Below, one piece after another: positions 22,101 to 36,292 of a stretch of DNA of 64,000 bases. This DNA is from Selaginella moellendorffii (taxonomy: Eukaryota; Plantae; Lycopodiophyta), in the NCBI RefSeq assembly GCF_000143415.4, contig NW_003314268.1, positions 832,336-896,335 of the forward strand, read 5' to 3'. The position numbers and the translations under genes are program-made. Under the pieces are notes generated by a model. The model was not told where the DNA came from, did no database searches, and saw only the letters and a list, made by a program, of their open reading frames with translations. Within the stretch, counting starts at the first letter, position 1; every line of letters begins with the position of its first letter.

Positions 22101-24326
22101 CTCGAAGAAACTGCTTGTGGCGGCGGAGCCAGAGGTTCGGCTTCACAAAGACTGAAAAACGGCTGATGTTCGCCCCTGACATGCGGAGACTACAAGAGCT
22201 GGAGCGAACTCTAAGACGAAGCAACAGTCATAAAGACAGAAGATCGGACGAGTTTCATGGAACGTGGAAGCTTCATGGCCACCTTTACAATCGAGAAATG
22301 TGGACTGAGGGTACGTAGAGTCATTCGTTTTTTCCTCTTCCATTCATTTCATCCGTGTTGTTAAACAGAAGAAGCAAGCTGCAGCGACACACAAATTGTG
22401 ATGGTAGCTCCTTTAGTATCAGCAACAAATCCTGGTGGAATATCTTCTGAGCTCCAACTTGGTCCAGATCGTTGGAGGCCGTCTCTTCGAGACTAAATAA
22501 ATAAAACATCTCAGAGACTACGCTAAGGAGCTGCTTATTCTGGCCAACTTGTGAGTAAATAACCTTGAGAGATTATGTTTCTTTTCTATTTGGAAAATAG
22601 TCTGACTGCCAACTTGGTCCAGATCATAGGAGGCCGCCAGAAGAATATGTAAATGAGGGTGGAGCAGGACTTGAAGCAGCGAAAGATAAAACCAACATCA
22701 GAGATCATAAGAATCGAGCAAGTGGGAATGGAAAACTGTAAGATGATTTTAAAACTTGGAGAGAAAGGGAGCAGGCTGAAACAGCTAAGATCGAGCAGCA
22801 AAGATTGAGCAGCTTAAAGACGAAAAAATTTCATAAACCAAGCAGGGGCAGCAGGTTGAAAAATCGAAGTTTTAAGTTCGCCCAGCAGAGTAGGGGCAGC
22901 AGCTTCAAAAAGAAAAGTGGAAGCAGCTAAAGAGCAGTGACAAGTTTGATCGAGCAGCAGAATAGTTCAGACTCGTGATAGTTTTTTTCATATCATTTTC
23001 TTTGATTTAGCTGTAAAAACGATGATTTAATGTTCATAATGTTTGAATCTCTGAAAGGTCCGAGATCCGACTTGCAACAAGATGATACCTAGGGCACGCT
23101 AGGGCTTGGCGGCAGGGCCGCTTGGCAAGGCATCCCCGTGAACTTTACCATGTAGGCCGAGTATTTGCAATCTGTAGACTTGTCTCTAACATCGTGGATC
23201 TTCTTGTACGTTTGCAAGGATTCCTGATCAGTTTGTCCCCGTAACTTGATTAGAAAATGGAAAAACAAATCCAGCTCAGGAAAATAAGATCTTACATAGT
23301 TTGCTCCAGAGGCATTACCATCACATAGCATGTAAATTTGAACCGACCCGACCAAATGAACGATCTTCAATCCACTGGGAGTTTAGCAACTCCACCTGTG
23401 AAATAAAAAGAACGAAACAAGAAAAAACAATGATGAGAGTCATACTATTAACAAAAACCTCCAGTGGTTCTGGGAAAAAGCAAAATCACATGAGACTAGA
23501 AGAATTCCAAAGCCTTTGAAAACGTGCACGTTGATAAAGGACGCTTTGCCTTAAATCTCCTGCTGGACTGTGGGGTAACGATGGTGATGGCGAAGGTGTT
23601 CGACTTTCTAGGCACCCAGGCACACGACACCACGACACCACGTTAGAGCAAGAACTCAGGAGCTAATATGTACGCACCTCCAGTTGTTCCATATGGTATA
23701 AAGCCATTTTACTTGGTCTAGAAGGTCATAAGCGGATGAGGAGGGAAAAGGCTTGCCCACCTCCTTCCAGACAGTCAAAGTTGTTACCATTGTATGGGAA
23801 AAAAACTAAATTTCTGCACGTCACCACCAATCAAACTTGTAAGATTGCTGTTCGTGAGCATCAAAGAAAGCTTCAAATCATGAACGAGAGTCTAAAGGCC
23901 ATCGCACTTGTAACAATTGGCAAGAGACTTCCCTTCACCTCTGCAATTTCTTGCAGTTTGATAGATAGATCAGCATTGCAACATTTTACCAGCCTCCACA
24001 CACAAGCACTCTTTTAGATACTCTTGTATAGTAGATTCGTTTGGTTATTATAAATAAACGTTCCTACTAAATACTGATTAAATTGAGAATTGTAATCCAA
24101 GTAGAAATTTGATTATTAATTGATTGTTTTTACTCTTTACATTTGGCCTTTGACATTTTGCTTTATTTAGTTATTATGTTGCAAGTTTATATTTTTATGG
24201 GTTCTTAAAATCTATGAAATCAAGAATGCTAATATTTAAAGCAAATTTTTATGGGTAATAAAGTTTTATTAGTTTCACTATTTTATGTTTCTTGAGAAAA
24301 TATTATAATTTAATATATATTTAGTT

Positions 24327-24343
24327 ACACACACACACACACA
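24327..24343. repeat. (AC)8 microsatellite
   Basis: Read directly; much shorter at the equivalent position in the other arm (~57180). Confidence 0.9.
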
Positions 24344-25599
24344 ATATAAAGGTATTCTTAAAGTATAACACCAGACTGGTATACAACTACTAAATTTTTT
24401 ACAATTGTATTACCTGATAATAATATATATTTTATCTAAAAAATATTAAAATAATGATATTTTAAAATTCTCAATATACCAATTAATGTTAAAAACTTTA
24501 TAGAAATTGTTACAATAAAAGTAATAAAAAGTTTATATTTTAAATAAATAAAAATGGATTTAAAATTAGATTAAAGATATATATTTTTAATTATTTAATA
24601 AATAATAGTATTTAAATAGGATATTTATGTGAAGCAAAAACTCCAACAACACCAACATGAGTGAGTACAAAGAAGCACTGCTGCCTAAAAATTAAAACTT
24701 ATTATTTTCCATCACAACACTCACTTACTCAATTATTCTTTACTTTTCCTAAGGCTTTCTTTTGTATTTTCTCTCCCTCTCCCATAAATATTATTATTGT
24801 CCTTTGATCCTTTATGGCAATAAATAAAATATTAAACACATACCATCTACAAGATCTCTTCTATTTATGAGGTCTATAGGCAAAACTTTAAAGCTATAGT
24901 TGAAGTATGAAGAACAAAGAAGCTATTAAAAACACAAGGGCTTTGATTTTCTTACTGTCCCAAACATTTCAATCAGCAATGTTAATCTAATTTTTCTTTG
25001 ATCCCTTGGGCTGTAATCTTTGGTCCTAACACCTAGGTGAATTTGGTGAATTGGCTAGAAGAAAGTCATAAACTTAAAAATCACATACTTCTATTATACA
25101 CTCTTGACAACCATGAGGAATTGAGTGCTCTTAAATTTTAGAGAAAACCCCCTGAGGGACTAGTGAGTTCAACCAACTTTATTATAAGGGCACTTCTAAA
25201 TACCAATAGACTAGTGAGTCTGGCCAGCTTGACTAGAAGAACTTGACAAAGATGCTAGAATTTCAAGAACACTAGGTTATTTTGGCAATATAAAGTCCTT
25301 GCAAGGATATTAATTTGTTTCTTCTCAACAACAATCTTTCTAGATGTGTCCAAAGTTCCAATCAAGAGGATTTCCTAATATTCTTAGTGTATTTTTTTGT
25401 ATTAAAAGTCCAAGTAGAACTTCATATTCACCAAATTCCAAAATTTCACAATTAGCATAATTATGCCTAATTAGCATCATTCTATCATGTACATTGGGCA
25501 TATATTGTAAAATATCATAAATGTGGCTTCATGTATCAAAAAATACTTGTTAACCAGTACTTTTGGACACTCTCTCTTCTGCCATAAAGGTCGATATAG

Positions 25600-26340
25600 T
25601 TGGACCACTTTATTATTGTCCCCTCTTATGCTAGTGGAGTTAATTGGACATCTTAAGTGTACTTAAACTAAACAAATATAAGGATTGAATTTTTTATATA
25701 TTATTAGCTAAATGTGTTGTATGTTGCACTAGCTAATGATAAGAACACTCATGTGTTGAGTCTAGTTCCTCAATAATGCTTTATGATAGCTTATTGTGTC
25801 CACCAAACAGCCTCACTATCATACCTCATGTATTGGTTCCATTCAGTCTTTTGTGCTATTTATAGTAAGTGGTTAAATCTGTCTAAAATGCATATCTATG
25901 GAATCTAGAGAGTGTCATGAATCCCATGGTGTTGTTCTTACATCCCAATTCACAATTTAGTTCTATTCCATATCTAGTAAATTTTCAAATCCCATAAACT
26001 AGTTCTTGAGATTGGGGTGAAAGCCTAAAAGTATGCATTTTTCTAGGGTGAGGGATGAGGGGTTGTGGGGGGTTCTAAATGTATAGTAAAGATAGTATTT
26101 GGAAGAATTATTGACCATCTAAAATATTAATTTGGCTCCTACTAGGTTGTATTGCTTATGATTTTGTGTCTAGCCTGGGAATAATCTCAAGTTCCATGTT
26201 GCTTTAATCAGTGGGGTATCCACCTTTTTGTTATAGGCCACCAGTATGCCAGAATTGGGGTAAACACCATATGATATTATTTTACATGCAAAAGTTGGAT
26301 ATAGGGAGTTAGTGTTCGTAAAAGATATTAAGTGTGTACC
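25600..26340 (+). repeat. Old family-A-related LTR remnant (mirror copy ~53940-54660)
   Basis: Shares TTGGGGTGAAAGCC, AAATGTATAGTA and TAGGCCACCAGTATGCC with the family A LTRs. Confidence 0.6.
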
Positions 26341-26918
26341 AAATCTTCATTTTGTTGCACAAAGGGTTTGGAGTTTGATATAAGCCATAAATATATATTT
26401 TTTAATTTGCCAACTTACCTTTTTTATTCGACCACCTTTGCTTTGGCATTAGTTAAGTTCCTTTGCCATGGTCCCCACTTATTATACCATCTTTTACTTG
26501 GTTCTACTTGGATTTAGCTTCCTCACTACACAAGTAATGAAGTGTTAGCCATCCATCTACAGATTCATAATATTTTTCTTAATCCCTCTCCTCATATGAG
26601 TTTGGATTTAAGATTTAATTACAATCCTTATAAGCACAACCAGTTAAACATACCAAGCCTCTAGGTTTTTTATATGCTTAGGTATAACAAAACTTAATCA
26701 CAAAACCTTCTAAATCCCAAGACTTGGATGCATTTGTTGTTTCGAGTGTTGCAATACAAACTTATTGTTGCTTATCTTTACGTCACATGTTATAGCTAGA
26801 GAGACCACTCTTACTCCCACTTCTACCCTTGCTCCTATTTTTACTTCCGCTTTTACTCCTACTCCCAATCTTACTACTATTGTTGCTCCCACTCTTACTC
26901 TCACCCCTACTCTCTAGT

Positions 26919-29340
26919 TGCAGCTATGGGTGTTTTGAGAGATAGGGAGAGGAAATTTTGATTCTCAAAATATTCCAAATAGTAAAACTCCACAAAGGCT
27001 ATATCAAAGGTCCTCCCTATTTCCTCTGGCAATTAAATTTGGAATTACGGTTTTGTGAATTTGTATGTGAGGGATGGATCCATGGTTAGGGTTGAAAGAT
27101 GACCTAAAACTTGGTGAACTCAACATGAATAAGCTAGTTTAGTTTTCTTGAAAGAATGGAGAGTTTGTTTTAGGAAATTGAGAGAAATCTTAAGTTTTAG
27201 GGGTTAGATTCATATTCTTAGAGACCCTAGGACCATTAGGGGTTTCAACTTCCATGAATTTAGAGTGTAAGTTTAAAGATTTTTCTCGCTCTTACATTAA
27301 TTTTCTACATTACCTCTTTCCACTTGGTTTTCTAGTGATTTCTCATGATTAGTATATTGATTCTGGTTTTTCTTTCTTTGGGTCGATGCGACTTGGCATC
27401 CTCTTTCCAACAAGCTAAAGAGCACCTGGTTTTGTGGAGGATTCAATTGCTAATTTAATGAAATTTTGTCCATCACGCTCCTCTGTTTTTCATGGTAAAT
27501 TTTTCAACACTCTAAGCTTGCAATTTTGGGACTGATTCAAGAATTGTTTTTTCTGGACATGTAAATATAAAGACAAGCTTTTCGGAGAGTCCTTTCTTGG
27601 TAACCAATTCGCTTTAAGCTATGACATGGAGTAGTTTTTCTCTCACGGCGCTTCATATCTCAAATTTGCAAGTTTCTAGCTTAATCTTGAGGGAATTTGA
27701 GGTGTTATTCTCATGGAAATCATTACGGCCATGTTATTACCTTTTACCAATGTTAAAAATGAGTGTTTCTTGTACTAGGGAGTGCATTTTCTTTTGTTTT
27801 CCTTCTTATTGTCTAGAATTTAATGTTTGAATCAATTTTTTTTTGAGATTTTAGGCATTTTAACTCATGGTTTTGGTTTCATTTTCTTGGTTTGAGTATA
27901 AAATTTTAAACAAGTCCATCCACACCCATTTTTGTGTGTAAAGTCAAGAGATTTCCATGCAAATGTTTTCCTCTTAGGCATTTTGAGTATTGGAGTTTCA
28001 TTTTTTCTTTTTTTCCCCCTTTTCTTTGCAATATTTTTTTCTTTTGTCGTGAAAAATTGGCATTTGCAAGAGTGAGAGTGATTTTATTTGGGAAAATCTA
28101 CATGAGGATACTCTTTTATTTGGAGTTATCCCATTTAGATACTTTGCTCTCACACAAGTCAAAGTTCTTAGTGCGTTGTATTTTCCACAACCTGGCATCT
28201 ACTGCACAGTGGACATTTTATGCTAGTTCACACGTTCCAGTTAGAGATGGCAACTAGCAAACTTCCATACAGTGCCTAGGGTATGGGGATCAAAAAGAGT
28301 AATTTGATAATCGAGCTCTCGTAGAAGGTGTGAAAAATGTGAGGAGCTTAAAGCATGCTGCTTACAGTAGGCAGGGAGACTAAGATGCCCTCTTCGTTCT
28401 TGGTACTACTCGCATTGCGATGTTATGATATATAGCATAAAGAGATGTTGGAAGCTTCACTTAGAACTTCGATTTTGTCAAGCATGTTTAATAGTAACTT
28501 CTACCAGACAACATATTTCTTCCATGGCTAGAGATAGATACCAGCAAAAATTGGAGTAGAAAGCGATCGAAGACACCCTTTCGTCGAGCTGTGGAAACAC
28601 TGATGCATGTCAACATAGTTTATGTTGTAGAGGACGGTTATAAGATGGCTGCTATGACTCAAGGGCGCAAGAAGGTTTCTCCTTTAGCCCCAAATATTGA
28701 TGGTGAGCAAGATCCAGCTCTAGTTTCTAGAACTTCCCCATCTCTCATGGCATGCAAGTTACCCCATGCTTCGGTATTTGCAATGCCACCCACATCCTTG
28801 GCCACAACTTCAAATCCAACAATTGGATATTCATCCAACTTTCAATGTGGGGTCTCTCAACTGCCTTCCACTCTTTCTCAAGTCCCATAAGAAGTTCTTG
28901 CTTAGATTGTTGACACTTCAGTCTAGATCACACTTGGTGAGCTTTTGCAATATGTACCTGGTTTTACTCCTTAGCTAGAGGCTTTGCCAAGTCCATAGGC
29001 ATCCCCATGGAACATCAGTATAACATCCACATCATCAACACTCAGACCACTTATAATCCCAAAGCATTCTTTGTGGAGGTCCACATCAGCGATAGATCTT
29101 TGACAGTACAAGCATTACTTGATTCTAGATCCCAGAGCAACATCATCTCCCTCAACTTGGCACTTTCTAGTGGCTTGGAAGTGGTGAGAAACACAACTAT
29201 CATCCTCAAAATGTTAGCCAATCACTGAATTGTTCCTACAAGCATCTATTGGAATGTCAAGATCTTGGTGCAAGGAGTGGTTTCCATTCTAAATTTCCTT
29301 GTTGTGGACTTCCAACAGCTAGTATTTGGGAAGCTGAAGG
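26919..29340 (+). mobile_element. 5' fragment of a Ty3/gypsy (probably Tat) element, from the LTR/leader to the protease
   Basis: Leader similar to 37460-38700 (TTGAGAGATAG, ATCCTCTTT.CAACAAG, CTCTAAGCTTG). Protease VQALLDSRSQSNIISL resembles the one at ~48640. Confidence 0.6.
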
Positions 29341-31007
29341 ACTTCTCGAGCTCGGAGCCAACTTCATTTCTAGTTTCTTCGACGTGCTTAGAACAGTTTG
29401 CTCGTGTTCTCTTCTCAGGTAAACCCAGGGTCTAGTCGTCTTAGAGTTCGCTCCAGCCCGGCCGATCATCTTCTCGTCATCATGGTTCCGACAAAACAAA
29501 CACTCATCGTTCACTTCAGCTCTCTACAACAAACACGGAAGTTATGGCCATCTGGAATCTGGAAGGTATATCAAACTTACCTGTCTCCCTCTTGAATTCT
29601 GCAACAAAATCTCTCCCCGCACGATCATATAGTTCTTTTGCCTCCTTCACGAAGACCACCTCGCCGGACTGAAGCTTCTTCCACGGTTTCCTCTCACTCG
29701 GGATCCTATCCAGCATTTTCTGGAGCCTCATCATCTTCCGCGCTCGCTTGATCCTCTCTCGGTCGCTGGATTTGCCGTTGAGCTCCTCGTAAAGCTGCTC
29801 GGTGAGTCTGATCAGAATCCGGAGCGCACTAACACTCCAAGACTTTTCCTCATACTTCTCCTCTTCTGTTTCCTCGCGCTTTTCCTCTTCCAAGCTGCGG
29901 ATCTTCTTCTCGGTTTTTCCCCTCTGGTTTAGCCACCGATTTACCTTGTGGAGAGCTTCGAGATACGCGAACTCAACATAGCCCCCTTGGCCATCGCTAA
30001 GATGGGTTTCACTCCGCCGTCGGGTGCCGTCGGGAAGAATGTCCTCCGCTGAGGAAGAGAAGCGAACCATCTTCGGCCTGGAACCTGCAAGTCCAGAAGG
30101 CCATCGTGAGTCACAGTAGAAGAAGAATGCGAGAAGCAAAAGGAACCATACCTGGACGACGACCCCCGGCTGGCAGTAGAATTGGCTTGGGTCGCTGCTC
30201 CTCCTGCTTGGGCTTGTCATTCTCCTGCTGCTTCATCTTCTCTTGATCGTCTTCCCGTTCCAGAGGCTTCTTGATCGGCTTGATCATCTGCTCCTCCTCT
30301 TGTTCCAGCTGCTGCTTCATCGGCTTCATCCGCTGCTCCTCCTCCTGTTCCTGCTCTTGCTTGATCGGCTTGATCGGCTTGATCGGCTTGATCGGCTTGA
30401 TCGGCTGATTCGGCTGATTCTTCTCCTCTCGTTCCAGCTGCGGCTGCTCCTTGTGACCTTGCTCCTGTTTCACCTCGCGCCTGAGTTCCTTCGTCTCATG
30501 GGCTTCTTTCTCCTGCTCCTCCTCGCTCAGCTGCTCAGCTTTCTTCTCTTGCTCCTCCTCCTTCAGCTGCTTCTCGGCTTCCTTTTCCTCCTCTTGTTCC
30601 AGCTTCATCGGCTTCATCTGATCGGCTTCTTTCTCCTCCTCGTTCACCTGCTCGGCTGTCTTCTCTTCCTTCAGCTGCTCCGCTTTCTTCTCTTGATTCT
30701 CCTCTTCGTCCTCTTTCTCTTGTTCCGGCTTGATCGGCTTGATCGGCTCCTTGTGCCCTCGCTCCTGTCGTATCGCTTCTAAGACGATTTTCACCTCGTG
30801 CCTGAGTTCCTTCAACTTCAAGGCGGCGGCGTCCATGGCTTCTCCCGAGACGGCCTCACAGACACGATCTTGGACCTTCAGCTTCGAGGCCGCCGCGTCC
30901 ATGGCTTCCGGGTGGACCTTGTTGTCGCCCTTGTGCGCCTTTTTTGGTCGAAAGAGAGACCACAAACCTGTGACGCATCCACTGCGCTCCTGCTCTGTTC
31001 GCGCCAT
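29341..31007 (-). pseudogene. KPI-repeat gene copy 2: frameshifted and 3'-truncated
   Basis: Exon 1 (31007-30152) encodes the same protein as copy 3. Exon 2 is 504 bp rather than 503 (extra base at 29587-29589). Homology stops at 29341, inside exon 3. Confidence 0.8.
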
Positions 31008-33835
31008 AGCTTGCCCTTTGCAAAATGCCTTTAATGCCCTAACCCTTACTAAATGTATTTCACATTAATGTATAAATTAGTAATTGCCTAGCATTTGCAA
31101 ACACTTTATAGTTTTTAAAAATTAAGTTGGAATAGTATCAAAATAGCAATTGGTGTGTTTGAGGAAGTAACTACAAACATGTAGGAAACTATCAGATCCC
31201 AGAAGCTATCTATATAACTACAAAATCCCATTACAAACACATAGAATAAACATTATAAAATCAATTACCTCCTACAATGCTACAAGACACTTTGGCTGGA
31301 AGTGTGCTTATGAATGTCTGGATCTAGCCACATAAAAGTTTGAAAGACAAAGGAAATCGTGAGAGTGTGCTGGTGGCAATAAAGAGATTGGGGAGCTATG
31401 AATCACAGCACTCTAGAAGCAATCCAGCAAGAAAATTGAAGATATGCAAACCTGGCATTTGCAATCCGGTGTCTTGCACAGTGAAATCATAACCCTAGAG
31501 AAGAAGATGCAGCATGAATCACCACTCTCAAGTGAGTCTCCACTGTAGGATACATTTTGATGGCAGAAGTCAGAGTGCAAAAGGTTGTGTCAATGCTTTA
31601 GAATTTGGTCAACATAAACGATTTCTTCTCTAGGCCCATGCAATTGGCAACCTCCCATTAGCTAAAAGTCAACATTAACACAATTATTCTCTAAGACATG
31701 GTTATAAAATGACTCTTTAGGATTTGACAATCCAAAAAGTCTGGCAACTTCTTATTATTATAGAATTTTTACTGTGACTTGGTAGCACCCTATAGAAATA
31801 TAATTTGTTGTGCCTTGCATGTAGCAACATTTGGTCTGCTTAATAGTAGTGTCATTGCTATTTAGTATTATTGAACAATCCAATTGATTAATAATATAAT
31901 TATGTTTATATTTATAAATCAATATTAACTTTATTGAGAATGAATAAGAATATATTAGGAAGTATTTAGGAAATTTTATAGATTATAAACATGTTTTATA
32001 AAAAATAAATAATACTCATTAAATATTAAAATATCGTAGAATATTTAAGTATATTCTAGGTATATCCACCACCATAGACAAAATTCTAAGGTGAAATAGA
32101 ATACCTTACTTTTGTAGCATCACATCTTTGTGGCTTGATACTAGGCTAGCTTGCTAGCCTCTTGAAGGTAAAGTGCCTTAGGCTCATAAAAATCAGCTCA
32201 TAGAATACATCCTAAAAGATGTTTACATTTTCTTGTCTCTCAAATATTTAGACTTTGAGTAAAAACCAACTCTAAAAACCTGTTCCAGCCTGCCTTAAGA
32301 ATTCTTCCAACTTGAGAGTTCTTGACTTTGGATCAAACTGACTATAGAGCTAGGTACTAGTATATGCTAATGGAGCTCAAACAACTTTCTAACCTACACT
32401 AGCATGAGTTGAGATTGTAGCTGTAGTGATTAAATATTGTTTAACCATTTTTGTAGTGCATGGGATTAGAATATACTATCACTGTGAATCTTTAGAATCT
32501 TAAGGAATAAATAGGAAAGGATTTGTTATCAAGTAATTATCAAGTAAGGGCTCTTTAATGACTTATAATGCTTTGATCTCCAGTAAACATGGTCAACAAT
32601 ATCATGCACCATCTCATGAAACTCCATAAAGAAACTTTATAGAGTCTATTAGAAGTTTGTAGCCCTCAAAAGCTTAAAGATAAACTTTATTCTTTCTATA
32701 TCTTCTTTTCCTACTTATTCCATTTTCACAGACTCCCTCAATGATGTTGTTTAAGAAATTTACAAGGTTTTACCAACTTCTTCAACTGGATGATGGCTGA
32801 AAGATCTAGTGAGAAAATTAAAGTTAATCAAAACTCAGTAGCTAAAACATTTTATCATGTTCTGTTTACCTCACATCCCCACTGCTATGGAAGATACAAT
32901 TCTAACTAGGTAATTTATCTAATGCTTTATTTATTTTAACAAATTCACTAAAATGTAATTACCTTTTAGCTCATGAGATAACTTCAGGTTTTTTTCCCAT
33001 ATATTGGAGAGTCTTTATGAAATCTATAATCCAGTTGAATTGGCTTTGCCACTTGAGTTCAACCTTGGATTTAGACAACTCATGAGACACACTTTTGTCA
33101 GTGATAAAACATTGTCAAGGTATGGCATTTTCTTCTGTTTCTTGAGAGTTGGTGAGTTGTGGAGTGGAGAATTGTCGAGATTCTAGAGAATATTCAAAAG
33201 AAGGATATTCTAAGATTTTGTGACAAGAAGAAAGGAAGTTAAGAGAATGACAAGTGGAGCTTGGTGTGAGTTGGAGAGGCAGAACAATGAATTACAGTGT
33301 AGAGCCGATGTGGTGATGTGGCATATTCAAGTGCAGTGACATGCAGAGCAAGCAAGGTTTTCTAGTGAGCAGCAAGTGAGTACAATATGCCTGCACTGTG
33401 GGCAAGAGTTGATTAAGCTGCTAGCCTAAGTCTTAGCTAAATTGTTAGAGGAATAGAAGCTTTTTTTCCTATGCAGCTCTTGGAGTATGAGTTCAATTGG
33501 ACTTCTAGTTGTTATGTTTGGTGTGTCAGTCAGGAGCTACGTTCTTGAGCATTGAAGCTGAGCATGGAATGCCAGACTTCAGCTGTAAAGTAGTAGCTTG
33601 TGCATGCATGGCCAAAGATGACAACAAGAACAAGTAGAAAAATCCATAGAGGATATTCTTAGAAGGGAGAAATCAGAAAAATAGATAAAAGACAGAGAAA
33701 CGAGATTTAAGAAGCACCAGCAAAACAATTCAAAGTCTTCTTCAGAAAAAACACCACAAAAGCCGACAGACCGAGGAGGAAGAGTGGGGACCTTATCAAA
33801 GTTCACCACAACACCAACAGCATCAATCAATTATC

Positions 33836-35700
33836 ATGATGGCAGTAGTACCACCACCAGCAATTACTAGCTGGATGAAGTATCCCACATATGTGATATA
33901 TGATGATCCCAAAGAGCATGTCACCATATTTGAGAACGTGAGCAAAGCAAATAGTGAGCAAACTTTGTGGCAGAGACTTTTTCTAGCAACATTGAAGGAT
34001 GTTCCTGCGGAGTGGTATGCAACAATGGTGCAGCTTTCACTGATTGAGATGATTTGAAGACTGCATTTTTAAATGCTTTTAGCCCTACAGGATTCTATCA
34101 ACGAGTGAGTGACAAGCTCAGTATGATTACCTTGCTGCCAAGAGAACTATTCAGTAGTATGCAATGAGATTCTGGCAACTCCTCTCGAAGAAGGATCCAA
34201 AACCTGCAAAAGATGATCAGATTTGATATTTTTGGCAAGGCTTACCAGAGAGCACATTCTTCTATGTGTGATGCCCTGATCTTGACACAACGATCTTGGC
34301 ATCACGGTTTGAGCAGGCCAAGTTGCCAAGTCATTCTGGACATGTTCAAGCATCATCAGTCTTTGGAGGAATGACTACACAGTTTGTAGGCTTGCTAGAT
34401 CATACAAATCTAGAAGTCTATCCAGGGGGATTACCTAAAATTTTGAATCCAACAAGTGTGATAGCTCTAACTTTGATCCCAGTAGTGGCTCAAGTGGCTC
34501 CAGTGGCTCCTATGCAATTTCAAGTTCCAGCTCCATCACTAGAGGTGCAAATGAACAAGGTTAAAGAAGATTTAGTCGAGGCTCTTACAAAGAAGATGGG
34601 GGACTTACAAGTTAATTGGATCAAGGGTGTTTAGAATCCTCCCCAGCCAATGCATGATCAATCAAATGTTTGGTGTGTGGAATGCAAGAATTATGTTCAC
34701 TACCCAAATGATTGTCCAATCCAGAAAGTGAGAGTAAGTTGTCAATTTTGTGGCCAGACTAACCATGCATCAAAAAATTGTTTTTATCATCCTATGAAAG
34801 CACAAGTACAAGCAGTAACTGTCTATCAGTAGGAACAGCTTTATATGCAATGTGTGCCTCCACCAGTGAGTTTCCCACAATTGCAAGTACCTGTGGTTTC
34901 AAGTTATCATGTTCAAATGCAAACTCCATCACCATATTGGCCACAAGTTCCATACCAAGAGAATACGATGCAACAGTTTGCATCCACAAGTGTTCTAGTG
35001 TATGCTGTAGGAGTTGGAGTGCAATAGTAGCAAGGTGGGATGTGGAAGAGGCCATGGTAGAGGTCCTCAATGCTACAGATGCTGGTAATTTGGTCATATT
35101 CAAGCAGATTGTCCAAATGTAAAGAAGCCAGAATATTACTAGCCAATGTGTGGAGTGTGTGGGACTGTCCTCACAAGTTGAAGCAGGACTGTGGCAAAAA
35201 AATAGTCAATTTGTGAGCTGTGTTTGTTCAAGAAGTAGGCCTAGATCAGACTCATTATAAGCTAGGCACAAGACGTGGTCATGGAAAGAAAGATGTGTTT
35301 ACCTAGATGGTGCAAACTTGGCGTGATCAAAATGAGGAGGTTTTTGCAGATCATGAAGAGGAGAGTGAAGCAAAGGTGTGAGGCTAAGGAAAAAGAGGTT
35401 AGAAATTTTAGGTTGAGTCTTATTTTAGTTTAGGTCAAAAATGGGAAGGAAGATGAAGTGTGTGCTCCAAATTCAGTGGCAATACTCAAGAATGTAGGTA
35501 TTCCTTCTCCAACACAGGTGAGTGAGCTCTTTGATCAGTTTAGAGGGAGTAAGAAGCCACTCAAAGCAGTCAAGAGGCAGAGGTATAGACAAGTCTTGAA
35601 TCTAGAAGCTGATATTTTAAGGGACCTAGACAATCAAAAACCAACAATTACATTTACTCAGTTACTTTAGCTAGCTCTAGTGCTTTGAAGGTTGTTTCTG
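33836..35700 (+). pseudogene. Decayed Ty3/gypsy gag with three CCHC knuckles
   Basis: DDPKEHV..FE, RLFLATLKDVPAEWY; CVECKNYVHYPNDC, CQFCGQTNHASKNC, CYRCW*FGHIQADC; TITFTQLL. Confidence 0.75.
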
Positions 35701-36292
35701 CTGCAATGCAATCTCAGAGAGAGTTAGTGGTGAACTCAGCATGGCCAATCATAGTAGATATGTCTTCTCCACTAATTCTACATATATAGTTTCTCTAGGA
35801 TAGTGAGGTTCATGCGTGTTCATGGCAAATTTCTAAAGCCTATCTGTCCACAACAAAGCAGAGTTGAAGATACATTCTTTGAAATGTCTATTATTCAAAC
35901 CAAAGACATAATTATAGTTGATTTGGTATGCTTTGTGTTGTTAAACATTTATCAAGTTAGTAGGAGGTTGCTTACTCCAGGAAAATAGCTCTTTTTTGAG
36001 AAAGGAGATATGGTTTTGGCTTGGAAAAGCACTCTAGATCACTCTGACTTAGAATAGACTTTGGTTCAAAAGGTGGATTGCAGAGATCAATTGGTTGAGC
36101 TAGTTTGACTTTGACAATATAAAGGGAATGTAAGGAGACCAAAAGATGGAAATTTCTTACAGATAAGATGACATTCAATGACATTTAAAATTTTAACTAT
36201 TAAATATAAATTCATAGAACTTTGATGAAAAATCTCAAAAAGAAGTTGTTCTTCCCAGGATTTGGCTTTTTGATCATAGCACAGCCTTTAGC

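Larger units (their letters stand above)
17597..26340 (+). repeat. Left arm of a ~9-kb inverted segmental duplication
   Basis: Collinear reverse-complement similarity to 53940-63466 through the upstream region, the gene, the downstream mosaic, the AT-rich tract and an old family-A-related LTR. Confidence 0.85.
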
